Shown here: positions 35,277-44,805 of the stretch, piece after piece
Numbering within the stretch: the first letter of the stretch is position 1
Layout of the letters: the number at the start of each line of letters is the position of its first letter
Source: Patescibacteria group bacterium
Lineage (GTDB): Bacteria > Patescibacteriota > Minisyncoccia > Phycocordibacterales > UBA9973
DNA length: 64,000 nucleotides
Direction: 5' to 3'
Assembly (NCBI GenBank): GCA_040390725.1
Contig: JAZJXT010000001.1
Span: 152,586 to 216,585, forward strand
Notes under the pieces: model-generated
The model's database searches: none
Seen by the model: only the letters and a program-made list of their open reading frames with translations
Told to the model about the DNA's origin: nothing
Translations under genes and position numbers: made by a program

Positions 35277-37985
35277 ATGATAAGCCTTAATGAAATTAAA
35301 AATCGAGCAGTTACTTTTTCAAAAGAGTGGGAACGCGAAGTAAGTGAAGATGCAGAAGCTAAAAGCTTTTGGGATGGATTTTTTGATGTGTTTGGTATGT
35401 CTCGTCGCCGCGTGGCTTCTTTTGAGCATCAAGTAAAAAAGCGTGATGGCTCTCAAGGATATATAGATGTATTTTGGAAGGGTGTAATGCTTGCCGAACA
35501 TAAATCTCGCGGTAAAAGCTTGGATAAAGCATTTACTCAAGCAAAAGATTATTTTCCTGGACTTAAGGAAGATGAATTACCAAGATATGTAATAGTTTCA
35601 GATTTTGAAAAAATTAGAGTTTATGATTTAGATAAAGAAACTGAAAAAGAATTTTCACTAGGGGATCTTTCAAAGAATATAGATTTATTTGATTTTATTT
35701 CTGGACATAATTCTATTGTTGATTATGCAAAAGAAGAAATGGCAAGCATTAAAGTTGCTCGCCTTATGGCTGATTTTCATAATGAAATTGCTAAGACGGG
35801 TTATTCTGGGCATGATTTAGAAGTATTTTTGATTAGAATTTTATTTTGTCTTTTTGCAGATGATACTGAAATTTTTCCAAAAAATAGTTTTAAAAATTAC
35901 ATAGAAACTAAGACAAATATAGACGGCTCTGACTTAGGTTTACACTTAGGTCAAATTTTTGATGTTTTAAATACTCCAAATAATAAACGACAAACAAATT
36001 TAGATGAACAGTTAAAGCAATTTCCGTATATCAATGGTGGAATTTTTTCTGAACAGATACGCCCAGTATCTCTTGATGCCGGAGCACGCTTGAAACTCAT
36101 AATATGTTGTAATGCTGATTGGTCAGAAATATCCGCTTCAATTTTCGGATCTTTGTTTCAGGGTGTTATGAATGAAAAGGAGAGACGACAGCTTGGTGCG
36201 CATTATACATCTGAAGCCAATATTTTAAAACTCATACACCCTCTTTTTCTTGATGAGCTTTATATAGAATTCGATGAAGTAAAATATGATATAAAAAAGT
36301 TAGATATTTTCCATAAGAAACTTACCACGTTAACTTTCTTAGATCCCGCCTGTGGTTGTGGTAATTTTTTGGTGGTGGCATACAGAGAACTTCGTAAATT
36401 AGAACTCGAGGTTTTGAAACGAAAAGATAAAATAGGTCAAATGATGCTTTTGGGTGCGCAAGATTTATCTATTGTAAATGTGAATCAATTTTATGGCATA
36501 GAGATAGAAGAATTCCCGACGCTTGTCGCTCGCGTAGCTATGTATTTAGTTGACCATCAAATGAACACGGAACTTTCAAAAACATTTGGGCACGTGTATG
36601 CTCGTATTCCGCTACGTGAACCGGCAAGTATAGTAAATGATGATGCTCTTACTACTGATTGGGAAAGTGTTGTTCCAAAAAATAAACTTTCTTATATTCT
36701 TGGTAACCCACCATTTATAGGTAGTAAATTAATGTCTGAACAGCAACGAAAAAATCTTATTGCTTGTTTTGATAATAATGATGGTGTAGGTGTTCTTGAT
36801 TTTGTTACAGCGTGGTATGCAAAGGCTGCAAAATATATTAATGATACCGATATAAAAGTTGCTTTTGTTTCCACGAATTCTATATCACAAGGTGAACAAG
36901 TTGGTATACTTTGGAGCTATTTAAATACTTTTAAGATTGAAATTCAATTTGCCCATCAAACTTTCAAGTGGAATAATGATGCACCGGGCGTCGCTGCTGT
37001 TTTTTGTGTAATTATTGGTTTTAGTAATAAAAATAAAAATGAAAAATATCTTTATGAGTATGAAAATGTAAAATCTGAACCGAAAGAAAGCATGGTGTCT
37101 CATCTTAATGCCTATTTAGTAAAAGGAGATGATGTTTTTATAAAAAAAAGATCAAAACCTATATGTGAAGTGCCTGAAATGAGTTTCGGCAATATGCCTC
37201 TTGATGGTGGTAATTTATTGTTTACAAATTCAGAAAAGGAAGAATTTATACTGAATGAACCAGGGGCAGAAAAATTTATTCGTCCACTTATTAGTGCAAA
37301 AGAATTTTTGAATAATGAAAAACGGTGGTGTTTATGGCTTGTAGGAGTAGAACCACAAAAATTAAGAGAAATGTCTTTGGTATTAGAACGAATTCAAAAA
37401 GTAAAAGAATTTCGTGAAGCAAGTGTTGCACCTTCTACTAAAAAATTTGCATCAATTCCAAGCCTTTTTAGAGATAAAAATAATCCGGATTCTACTATTG
37501 TTATTCCTAGAGTTTCTTCAGAAAATAGAAAATATATACCTATGGGATTTTTTACTAAAGAATCAATTGTAAGTGATACTTGTATGTCTTTACCAAATGG
37601 AAATTTGTATCATTTCGGAATTTTAGAATCAGATATGCATATGATATGGGTTAATTATACTTGTGGAAGATTAAAAAGTGATTATCGCTATTCAAAAGAT
37701 ATTGTTTATAATAATTTTCCTTGGCCGGAATTTAAAGAAGTTGTTTTAACAAATGAAGCTAAATTCAAAGTTTCTGAATGCGCGCAAGCTGTTCTTGACG
37801 CAAGGGCTAGGTTTCCAAATAGCTCACTTGCGGATTTGTATGATTCGAATACTATGCCACCGGATTTAGTAGAAGCACATAATAATCTAGATAGGGCAGT
37901 GGATGCCTGTTATGGTAGAAAGTTTAAAAACAAAGAGGAGAGAATAGAATTTTTGTTTGAGTTGTATAAGGTGTATACTAAATGA
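35277..37985 (+). CDS. MmeI-like type IIL/IIG fused restriction-modification enzyme
   Basis: N-terminal 'GYID.FW.G.MLAEHKSRG' nuclease motif, GAHYTS, FLDPACGCGNF, GNPPF, GRLKSDYRYS, LADLYD. Confidence 0.9.
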   Translation: MISLNEIKNRAVTFSKEWEREVSEDAEAKSFWDGFFDVFGMSRRRVASFEHQVKKRDGSQGYIDVFWKGVMLAEHKSRGKSLDKAFTQAKDYFPGLKEDELPRYVIVSDFEKIRVYDLDKETEKEFSLGDLSKNIDLFDFISGHNSIVDYAKEEMASIKVARLMADFHNEIAKTGYSGHDLEVFLIRILFCLFADDTEIFPKNSFKNYIETKTNIDGSDLGLHLGQIFDVLNTPNNKRQTNLDEQLKQFPYINGGIFSEQIRPVSLDAGARLKLIICCNADWSEISASIFGSLFQGVMNEKERRQLGAHYTSEANILKLIHPLFLDELYIEFDEVKYDIKKLDIFHKKLTTLTFLDPACGCGNFLVVAYRELRKLELEVLKRKDKIGQMMLLGAQDLSIVNVNQFYGIEIEEFPTLVARVAMYLVDHQMNTELSKTFGHVYARIPLREPASIVNDDALTTDWESVVPKNKLSYILGNPPFIGSKLMSEQQRKNLIACFDNNDGVGVLDFVTAWYAKAAKYINDTDIKVAFVSTNSISQGEQVGILWSYLNTFKIEIQFAHQTFKWNNDAPGVAAVFCVIIGFSNKNKNEKYLYEYENVKSEPKESMVSHLNAYLVKGDDVFIKKRSKPICEVPEMSFGNMPLDGGNLLFTNSEKEEFILNEPGAEKFIRPLISAKEFLNNEKRWCLWLVGVEPQKLREMSLVLERIQKVKEFREASVAPSTKKFASIPSLFRDKNNPDSTIVIPRVSSENRKYIPMGFFTKESIVSDTCMSLPNGNLYHFGILESDMHMIWVNYTCGRLKSDYRYSKDIVYNNFPWPEFKEVVLTNEAKFKVSECAQAVLDARARFPNSSLADLYDSNTMPPDLVEAHNNLDRAVDACYGRKFKNKEERIEFLFELYKVYTK

Positions 37986-37986
37986 T

Positions 37987-38208
37987 ATGGAAACAAGAAT
38001 GAATTTCAATGAAATATTTAATACTCACGTAGACGGTTCTATTGAACCGCGTCGTCTAATTCAAGTTGGGGGAGTATCTTTTGGTCCAGGTGTTAGATTT
38101 AATAGAGGTGTTTCTTTTTCAGGAATAGATTTTTCTCTTTTTATAGGTAGGGAGTTTCAAGTTAGAGATGAAAATGGAGTAATAAATATACTAGGTGTTT
38201 TTCAATAA
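37987..38208 (+). CDS. Small hypothetical beta-rich protein
   Basis: 73 aa ORF directly after the RM gene, Gly/Phe-rich. Confidence 0.55.
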   Translation: METRMNFNEIFNTHVDGSIEPRRLIQVGGVSFGPGVRFNRGVSFSGIDFSLFIGREFQVRDENGVINILGVFQ

Positions 38209-38214
38209 ATTTTT

Positions 38215-38553
38215 ATGTCAAAATCACAAGAACAACCTGAATTTAAGATTAATGAGTTAAGGATAATTTCTGAGGCAGTTAATCAATCAAAAGATTATGC
38301 AAAATCTTATTCTGATGATAAAGTAAAAAATATTAATTGGTTAATGGCTGGTGTTGTTATTGTTTGCTTACTTGGTTTCTTGCAATTAATTATTGATTCT
38401 TTTCATATAAATTCTGCAACTTATAAGGAGTATTCTCAAAAAACTGAAGAGATAGAAACTACACAAAAAATTAATAAAGAGTTATTAGATAAAAATATTA
38501 AAAATCAAGAAATTATAATTGACTTACTACGGAAACAATCTTTTAAAGAATAA
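38215..38553 (+). CDS. Single-TM coiled-coil hypothetical protein
   Basis: Central TM 'WLMAGVVIVCLLGFLQLII'. Confidence 0.55.
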   Translation: MSKSQEQPEFKINELRIISEAVNQSKDYAKSYSDDKVKNINWLMAGVVIVCLLGFLQLIIDSFHINSATYKEYSQKTEEIETTQKINKELLDKNIKNQEIIIDLLRKQSFKE

Positions 38554-38583
38554 TATAATGGTAAAAAAAGATGAAAAAATTGT

Positions 38584-39426
38584 ATGAAAATAGAAATCAT
38601 ACAATCGCTTGTAAATAATTTTGAATCTTATGCCAAAAAAACTGAAGAAGGTGTGGAATTTTGGCTTGCTAGAGATTTGCAACAACTTTTAGGATATGAC
38701 AAGTGGGATAATTTTTTGAATGTGATTTCAAAAGCTAAAATTGCTTGCGAAAATACAGGACACAATACTTCTGATCATTTTGCCGACGCTGGGAAAATGA
38801 TAGATTTAGGTAAGGGGGCACAAAGAGAAGTCTCAGATATAATGCTTACGAGATATGCTTGCTATTTGATTGCTCAAAATGGTGATCCAAGAAAAGAGGA
38901 AATTGCTTTTGCTCAGAACTATTTTGCACTTCAAACTAGGAAATTTGAAATTATTGAAAAAAGAATTCAAGAGTTTGAAAGAGTGAAGGCACGTCACAAA
39001 CTTTCTGAAACAGAAAAAGAATTATCTAGTGTTATTTTTCAACAAACTCGTAGCGATAAAAATTTCGCTCTAATTCGCAGTAAGGGAGATAAGGCTCTTT
39101 TTGGATACGGAACAAGTGAAATGAAATTGAAATTAGGTGTTCCTCAAGGTAGAGCCCTTTCTGATTTTCAACCAACTATTCTTTTGAAAGCAAAAGATTT
39201 TGCAACAGAAATTACAATTTTTAATACAAAAGCAAAAAATTTAAGAACAGAACAGTCGATTTCAGACGAACATATTATAAACAACAGGAGTGTTCGAAAA
39301 ACACTCCTGTCTCGTGGTATTAGACCTGAAAGTTTACCAAAAGAAGAAGATATTAAAAAAGTAGAACGAAAATTGTCATCTGATGAAAAGAAAAATTTAA
39401 AGAAACCAGATAAGCTTAAAAAATAA
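38584..39426 (+). CDS. dinD: DNA damage-inducible protein D (Bro-N-like N terminus)
   Basis: EFWLARDLQ.LLGY..W.NF, LTRYACYLIAQNGDPRKEEIAFAQ.YFA.QTR, KAKDFATEIT. Confidence 0.9.
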   Translation: MKIEIIQSLVNNFESYAKKTEEGVEFWLARDLQQLLGYDKWDNFLNVISKAKIACENTGHNTSDHFADAGKMIDLGKGAQREVSDIMLTRYACYLIAQNGDPRKEEIAFAQNYFALQTRKFEIIEKRIQEFERVKARHKLSETEKELSSVIFQQTRSDKNFALIRSKGDKALFGYGTSEMKLKLGVPQGRALSDFQPTILLKAKDFATEITIFNTKAKNLRTEQSISDEHIINNRSVRKTLLSRGIRPESLPKEEDIKKVERKLSSDEKKNLKKPDKLKK

Positions 39427-39481
39427 TATTAAAATAGATTTACATAAAATAAAAAAGTCAAAGTTATCCATAAGTATTATT

Positions 39482-40030
39482 ATGCAAACCCTCAAACAAC
39501 TAAACGGACTTTTTTATCGGGTGCGGAATACGGCGCGGGGGAGGAAAGTTTTGATAAGTATTGCGGGGGATGGGGCGGTGAATGTATCGAAAGGCTCGCG
39601 GGTGAGTTTGGAAAGTGTGGAGAAAATAATGCGGGAGAAGTTTGATTGGATTATGAGCAAGGTGTCGGAGCAGAAGGCTAAACCGCAGAAAATATTGGCG
39701 CATTATTCGGTGAAGGATTTCAGGGAGAATAAGAATCGGGCGCATGTACTAGTACGTGATAGGTTGGAATTTTTTAATAAATTCTATGGTTATAAAATAG
39801 GGAGGGTGAGCATACGCAATCAAAAATCGCGCTGGGGAAGCTGTTCCGGAAAAGGAAATTTGAGTTTTAATTACAAAATAGTTTTCTTGCCTCTCGAGCT
39901 CGCTGACTACATAATAGTGCACGAGCTTTGCCATTTAAAAGAGATGAATCATTCCGTAAAATTCTGGTCCCTCGTCGCCGAACAAATCCCGGATTATAAG
40001 CAGAGAAGAAAATCCATAAAATTATATTAA
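39482..40030 (+). CDS. YgjP/DUF45 (M48-like) metallo-hydrolase
   Basis: QKSRWGSCS..G.LSFN, DYIIVHELCHL.EMNHS..FW. Confidence 0.9.
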   Translation: MQTLKQLNGLFYRVRNTARGRKVLISIAGDGAVNVSKGSRVSLESVEKIMREKFDWIMSKVSEQKAKPQKILAHYSVKDFRENKNRAHVLVRDRLEFFNKFYGYKIGRVSIRNQKSRWGSCSGKGNLSFNYKIVFLPLELADYIIVHELCHLKEMNHSVKFWSLVAEQIPDYKQRRKSIKLY

Positions 40031-40054
40031 AATTTCGGCAGTAATGTTTTTTAA

Positions 40055-40080
40055 TTTACTTATTCGTACGAATAGGTAAA
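40055..40080. repeat. Palindrome copy 1 (TATTCGTACGAATA core)
   Basis: TTTACTTATTCGTACGAATAGGTAAA. Confidence 0.85.
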
Positions 40081-40108
40081 TGGAGGTTTTAGTGATATTA
40101 TTATATAT

Positions 40109-40369
40109 ATGAAAGATCATGAAAAAATATTAAAGGCTTTGGCAAATCATCGGCGTTTAAAGATTTTAAAATATCTTAGGGATAAAAAAATTGCTTCAGT
40201 GTCTATTCTTGCTGAACATTTGAATTTATCCTTTAAATCAACATCAAAACATCTTGCCGTATTATTCGGAGCGGGGATTGTGGAAAAAGAACAAAAGAAT
40301 CTTTCTATGCTTTATTCACTAGCGAATCCTTTGCCAAAAGTTGCAAAACAAGTTATTGGGCTTATTTAA
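40109..40369 (+). CDS. ArsR/SmtB-family HTH regulator
   Basis: LKALAN..RLKIL..L, SV..LA..L.LS....SKHL..L...GIV. Confidence 0.9.
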   Translation: MKDHEKILKALANHRRLKILKYLRDKKIASVSILAEHLNLSFKSTSKHLAVLFGAGIVEKEQKNLSMLYSLANPLPKVAKQVIGLI

Positions 40370-40400
40370 GATAATCATATTTATTTGGGTTTTAGTTGTA

Positions 40401-40434
40401 TTTACCTATTCGTACGAATAGGTGTATGGTAAAT
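40401..40434. repeat. Palindrome copy 2
   Basis: TTTACCTATTCGTACGAATAGGTGTATGGTAAAT. Confidence 0.85.
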
Positions 40435-40481
40435 ACATTATCAGAAAAAGAGTCTCAAGTGTGCTGGACTGATACATTAGC

Positions 40482-40512
40482 TTGACGTGCAGAGAGAGAG
40501 AGAGAGTAATAT
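40482..40512 (+). promoter_or_regulatory. Promoter with (AG)8 microsatellite in the spacer
   Basis: TTGACG-tgc(AG)8-TAATAT, 19-nt spacer. Confidence 0.6.
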
Positions 40513-40546
40513 TAGCCTATTACAAATTAGGCTTTATTTTAATTTT

Positions 40547-40699
40547 ATGACAGACGAAGAAATAAAAAATCTCACTCAAAAGGTGAAAGATGGCACAGCG
40601 ACACCCGAAGAAGAGCTTTCGTTCTTGCAAATCTTGAACGAATCTCTGGAAGGTCTTCAGGCTATTATTACACAAGCTAAATTGGCGAAAGCCGAATAA
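40547..40699 (+). CDS. Small helical hypothetical protein (50 aa)
   Basis: ATG after T-rich leader; MTDEEIKNLTQKVKDG... Confidence 0.55.
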   Translation: MTDEEIKNLTQKVKDGTATPEEELSFLQILNESLEGLQAIITQAKLAKAE

Positions 40700-40703
40700 T
40701 TTT

Positions 40704-41174
40704 ATGAGAGAACTATTTGGACAAGAAAAAGCTATTTTAAAGAAATCTCCTGAGGAACAAACCCCAGACGAAATACGGTATTTAGCAATTATTGAAGATG
40801 CAAATAAGGCAAATATTAATATTGAAAAATTAAAACAACAAATTATTGATGCTGGTGGTCCAGAGGCTGTAGAAGAAAAATTCGGTGGTGGATATGGAGA
40901 TCATATTGTAAAAACAAAGTTAGAAAATTCAGATTATTTCGAAAAAGTTAGAAATTGGTTGATTCCAGTATCAACAATAGCATTAGTTTTAGCTGGTGGA
41001 AATGAGGCATCCAGAAATCCAGAGGGTGTGCCGTCTTTACTTGAAGCTTTAACGTTTATCTTAGGTAGCGGTGGAATGCTTAGTGGAGTACTTGCTGAAA
41101 TTGAAAGACGTGCTTCTAAGAAAACAGCAATGGAGACAGACATTAAAATGCGGATGGTTGAGGTGAAAGAATAA
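40704..41174 (+). CDS. Hypothetical protein with C-terminal hydrophobic hairpin
   Basis: Two weakly hydrophobic segments near the C terminus. Confidence 0.55.
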   Translation: MRELFGQEKAILKKSPEEQTPDEIRYLAIIEDANKANINIEKLKQQIIDAGGPEAVEEKFGGGYGDHIVKTKLENSDYFEKVRNWLIPVSTIALVLAGGNEASRNPEGVPSLLEALTFILGSGGMLSGVLAEIERRASKKTAMETDIKMRMVEVKE

Positions 41175-41233
41175 AAACATTAGTAAAATTACTAATAGTA
41201 TTTTAGGGTTAAAATAATATTTTTATAAATCTT

Positions 41234-41398
41234 ATGACCAAAGAAGAACAAGTCAAAAAAATAAAGGAAATAATGCAAAAAACTTTAGCTAAGTTGAATG
41301 ATTTAAAATTGAAACACAAAAATGCTATGAAAGCGTATTTAGAAGAAAAAAGACAAAACAAAATAAACTCGATTAAAAAAGATTTATTATCAAAATAA
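41234..41398 (+). CDS. Small basic helical protein (54 aa), not in ORF track
   Basis: MTKEEQVKKIKEIMQKTLAKLNDLKLKHKNAMKAYLEEKRQNKINSIKKDLLSK*; fills the gap co-directionally. Confidence 0.65.
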   Translation: MTKEEQVKKIKEIMQKTLAKLNDLKLKHKNAMKAYLEEKRQNKINSIKKDLLSK

Positions 41399-41412
41399 TT
41401 ATTAAAAAATTT

Positions 41413-42588
41413 ATGGGAAATGAAAGGTTTAATCAAATACAATCATTACAAGAACAAGGCGGGGAAGATGCCATTAAAAAGCTTCAGGAAATTCAAACAG
41501 AAGCTGAACTTGGTTTTGAAGGAGACGTAGAAAAAGCCGCAGCTGATGCAATTGAGGCGATAAATAATGCAGGAAAGGCAACAACAGAAGGAATAGAAAA
41601 CGAAGCTCAAAATACTGCCAATAAGGCAGAATCTATGGGTGGAACAACACAAGAAGTTAATGAAGTTTCTGGGCCTATTGAAAATGAAGTTAGTGGTGCA
41701 GTTGAGACTGGCAATGAAGAAGTTGTATCTGTGAATACATCAAAGGATGCAGAAGTTGACGGAGAGCATCAACTTGAAAGTAAAAAACAGGAAAAGTTTA
41801 ATCAATTTCAAAAATGGTTTGATGAAGAATCTAAGAAAAAATCAGAAAATCCAGAAAGTTTGGTTAATAGAATATCAAAATCATCTGAAGGGTATAAAGA
41901 AATATTAAATGAGCAAATAAATAATCTTAGTACTAGTTCATCTGATTATAATTTAAAAAATAAATTTAATACAACACGTGAAGAGTTGGAGTTATCATTA
42001 CCTGAATTATACCAAAAGGGAGTGCTCTCAGAGGATAGATATGCATACTATATTAAAATGCAATCTCTAGATGGGAATAATTTACAGATTCAAAAGTTAA
42101 ATCAATTTGTGGAAAATACTCCTTCAGAAGTACTCAATAAACTTAGAAGTAAAGATCAGAACTTAAAGTCACTTCTTGATAATTGGAACGAATCAATTAG
42201 TAAAGAAATTGGTAAGGAATTAGGTAATAAAACAGAATTAAATTCTGGGACAGAAACTTTTCGTGAGCCGGAAAAATTATTAAACTTAGTTTCTAGCGCA
42301 GCGCGTTTTCAAAATAAAGATAAGGTGAAGGAAACTGTTGCAAAAGTTGTAGATGCATATTTAACGTCAAGTAGTAATTTAGGTAAAATTAGGAGTAAAC
42401 AAGATACTTTTCCTGTTTTAGAAAATTTATGTCAAGCAGGATTTTCTGATCAGGCTTTAAAAATAGCAGAAAAAGGAATTACGCAGGGGAGTCTTGGCTA
42501 TAGCGCTATTTTTCAGCTTAAGCAAAAGGGGTATATTTCTGAAGTTCAAGCTAAAGATCTTTTGGAAAAAGTTGGAAAATTAAATTAA
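41413..42588 (+). CDS. Hypothetical protein, acidic low-complexity N terminus plus helical domain
   Basis: Long ORF; E/A/N/G-rich first ~120 aa. Confidence 0.6.
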   Translation: MGNERFNQIQSLQEQGGEDAIKKLQEIQTEAELGFEGDVEKAAADAIEAINNAGKATTEGIENEAQNTANKAESMGGTTQEVNEVSGPIENEVSGAVETGNEEVVSVNTSKDAEVDGEHQLESKKQEKFNQFQKWFDEESKKKSENPESLVNRISKSSEGYKEILNEQINNLSTSSSDYNLKNKFNTTREELELSLPELYQKGVLSEDRYAYYIKMQSLDGNNLQIQKLNQFVENTPSEVLNKLRSKDQNLKSLLDNWNESISKEIGKELGNKTELNSGTETFREPEKLLNLVSSAARFQNKDKVKETVAKVVDAYLTSSSNLGKIRSKQDTFPVLENLCQAGFSDQALKIAEKGITQGSLGYSAIFQLKQKGYISEVQAKDLLEKVGKLN

Positions 42589-42622
42589 AATCTTGAGGAA
42601 AAAATAGAAAGTTAATTATGTT

Positions 42623-42652
42623 CTTATTCGTACGAATAGGTAAATGGTAAAT
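42623..42652. repeat. Palindrome copy 3
   Basis: CTTATTCGTACGAATAGGTAAATGGTAAAT. Confidence 0.85.
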
Positions 42653-42702
42653 AAGAAAAAAGTAAATTTTGAAAATCTGCACATTTCTGCTATATTTTAG
42701 CA

Positions 42703-43704
42703 ATGTCATTAAGTATAGGAATTGTGGGGTTACCGAACGTGGGGAAGTCCACGCTTTTTAATGCGCTGACTAAGAAGGGGGTGCCGGCGGAGAATTATCC
42801 TTTTTGTACTATTGATCCGTCTGTGGGCATTGTGCCTGTGCCGGATGAACGCGTGGGCAAGCTTGCTGACTTTTCTAAAACAAAAAAAACAATTCCGGCG
42901 GTGATAGAATTTGTGGATATTGCGGGGCTCGTCGCGGGAGCTTCCAAGGGTGAAGGCTTGGGTAATAAATTTCTTTCAAATATTCGCGAAGTGGATGCGA
43001 TACTGGAAGTCGTGCGCGTGTTTGAAGATAAAGACATCATTCACGTGGCGAACAAAGTGGACCCGCTCCAAGATATTTCTGTGATAAATCTGGAACTCAT
43101 TTTAGCTGATTTGGAAACTGTGACAAAAAGACTTTTGAATATTAATCGCGAGGTGAAACGAGGCGATAAAGAATCCGTCGCAGAAGATGCCGTTTTGAGA
43201 AAAGTGGAAAAAGTTTTAGGGGATTCGAAGATGGCAAATTCTTTAGAACTTGATCCGAAGGAACAAGAAATTTTAAAAAGCATGCATTTACTTTCTGCCA
43301 AGCCGATACTATATGCGCTCAATGCTTCGGAAGTCGCGGAGAATGTGATTGAAAAAGTGGCGCAAAATATTCCGGGGAAATATGTCGTCATCGATGCCGT
43401 GTTTGAAAAAGGTTTTGATGAAATGATACGAGCGAGTTATGACTTGCTCGGGCTGGAAACATTTTTAACAACTGGAGTCGAAGAAACTCGCGCGTGGACT
43501 ATAAAAAAAGGAAGTACTGCACCGATAGCCGGCACTGCGATACATACGGATTTTAAAGATAAATTTATCCGCGCGGAAGTTGTGGCTTGTGATGATTTAC
43601 TCGAAGCTGGTTCATACGCCGAAGCTCGCGCCAAAGGCAAAGTCCGTACCGAAGGCAAGGAATATATAGTCAAAGATGGGGATGTGATTGAGTTTAAGAT
43701 ATAA
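42703..43704 (+). CDS. ychF: Ribosome-binding ATPase YchF
   Basis: GIVGLPNVGKSTLFN, NYPFCTIDP, DIAGL, GEGLGNKFL, EGKEYIVKDGD. Confidence 0.97.
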   Translation: MSLSIGIVGLPNVGKSTLFNALTKKGVPAENYPFCTIDPSVGIVPVPDERVGKLADFSKTKKTIPAVIEFVDIAGLVAGASKGEGLGNKFLSNIREVDAILEVVRVFEDKDIIHVANKVDPLQDISVINLELILADLETVTKRLLNINREVKRGDKESVAEDAVLRKVEKVLGDSKMANSLELDPKEQEILKSMHLLSAKPILYALNASEVAENVIEKVAQNIPGKYVVIDAVFEKGFDEMIRASYDLLGLETFLTTGVEETRAWTIKKGSTAPIAGTAIHTDFKDKFIRAEVVACDDLLEAGSYAEARAKGKVRTEGKEYIVKDGDVIEFKI

Positions 43705-43705
43705 A

Positions 43706-44803
43706 ATGTTTAAAAAAGTATTTTTATTTTATTTGAGTTATCTGGTGGCGTTGACTTATAGTCAGACGCTTTTGATGCTTTGGTTTTTAACCAACGGAGT
43801 TTCTTATTTGCAGATGTTATTTTATTTCTTAGTTCTTTATGTGTCGGTCTTGGTGACATTTTTTTTACTGCGCAATATAAATTTCTCCAGCAAGTTTGCT
43901 CTTGTTTTTGGGGTGACGACGAGCGCCTTGGGGGTATTGGTGGCTAATTTTATGACACAGCCTGCACATATATTTATCACGGCAATTTTGTTTGGTTTCA
44001 ATATCGTTTTCTTTTGGACAATATACAATTCTCTTCATTTTAAATACAGCCAGAGTAATGAGAATGGATACAAAAGTGGAGCGTACTTTTTATTTATGCC
44101 GATATTTTCCGCAGTGCTTGCGCCCCTGGCTGGCTTTGTGGCGACGAAGCTAGGCTATCACTTTTTATTTTTAAGCGGAATTGTTCTGTATATTTTGCCT
44201 TTTTATTTTGCTTTTCATATGCCGAAGTTTGATTTTAAATTTAATTTCATAAATTCAGCTCGTAATATGGAGAACAAATTATTGATTGCATTTCAAGGGT
44301 ATAATGAAATGTTGAGTTATAACATCGTGCCCATATTTACTTTATTTTTTATAAATACGCCTGGCAAGCTCGGCAATTTCTTTGGCTATTTGGCTATACT
44401 TTCCGCAGTCACGGCTTTTTTAAATTCTAAAATTTCCGACAAGTTTAAAAATCGTAAGTTATTTTTTTATTTATTTATCAGCTTGCATTCTCTGAGTTAC
44501 ATACCGCTCGCGCTTGTAAATTCGTTGGCAGGATGGAGAATATTTGCCGGTATCAGTAATTTTACTTTTGGACTAGCGAATCCGTTTAATTTAGCTCTTG
44601 CCGTGGATCATGCAAAAGGGGAAACAGTAGACACAATGCTCGGCAGGGAGATTTATTTGAATTCCGGAAGAGTGGTGATGATTTTGGTTGCGCTTACTGT
44701 ATTTTTCTTTTCTCATTCTTTGAAGGTGGCATTGTTATTAAGTGTCTTGGCCTCATTGCTTTACCCAGTAGTTGCTTATTTTAAAAAAGTTTATTTAAAA
44801 TAA
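43706..44803 (+). CDS. MFS-like multi-pass transporter
   Basis: About 12 TM segments, 'KISDKFKNRK' loop motif. Confidence 0.7.
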   Translation: MFKKVFLFYLSYLVALTYSQTLLMLWFLTNGVSYLQMLFYFLVLYVSVLVTFFLLRNINFSSKFALVFGVTTSALGVLVANFMTQPAHIFITAILFGFNIVFFWTIYNSLHFKYSQSNENGYKSGAYFLFMPIFSAVLAPLAGFVATKLGYHFLFLSGIVLYILPFYFAFHMPKFDFKFNFINSARNMENKLLIAFQGYNEMLSYNIVPIFTLFFINTPGKLGNFFGYLAILSAVTAFLNSKISDKFKNRKLFFYLFISLHSLSYIPLALVNSLAGWRIFAGISNFTFGLANPFNLALAVDHAKGETVDTMLGREIYLNSGRVVMILVALTVFFFSHSLKVALLLSVLASLLYPVVAYFKKVYLK

Positions 44804-44805
44804 AA

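Noticed and set aside
40055-42652. Integron with attC sites
   Set aside because: No integrase in the window and the palindromes lack the RYYYAAC...GTTRRRY attC ends
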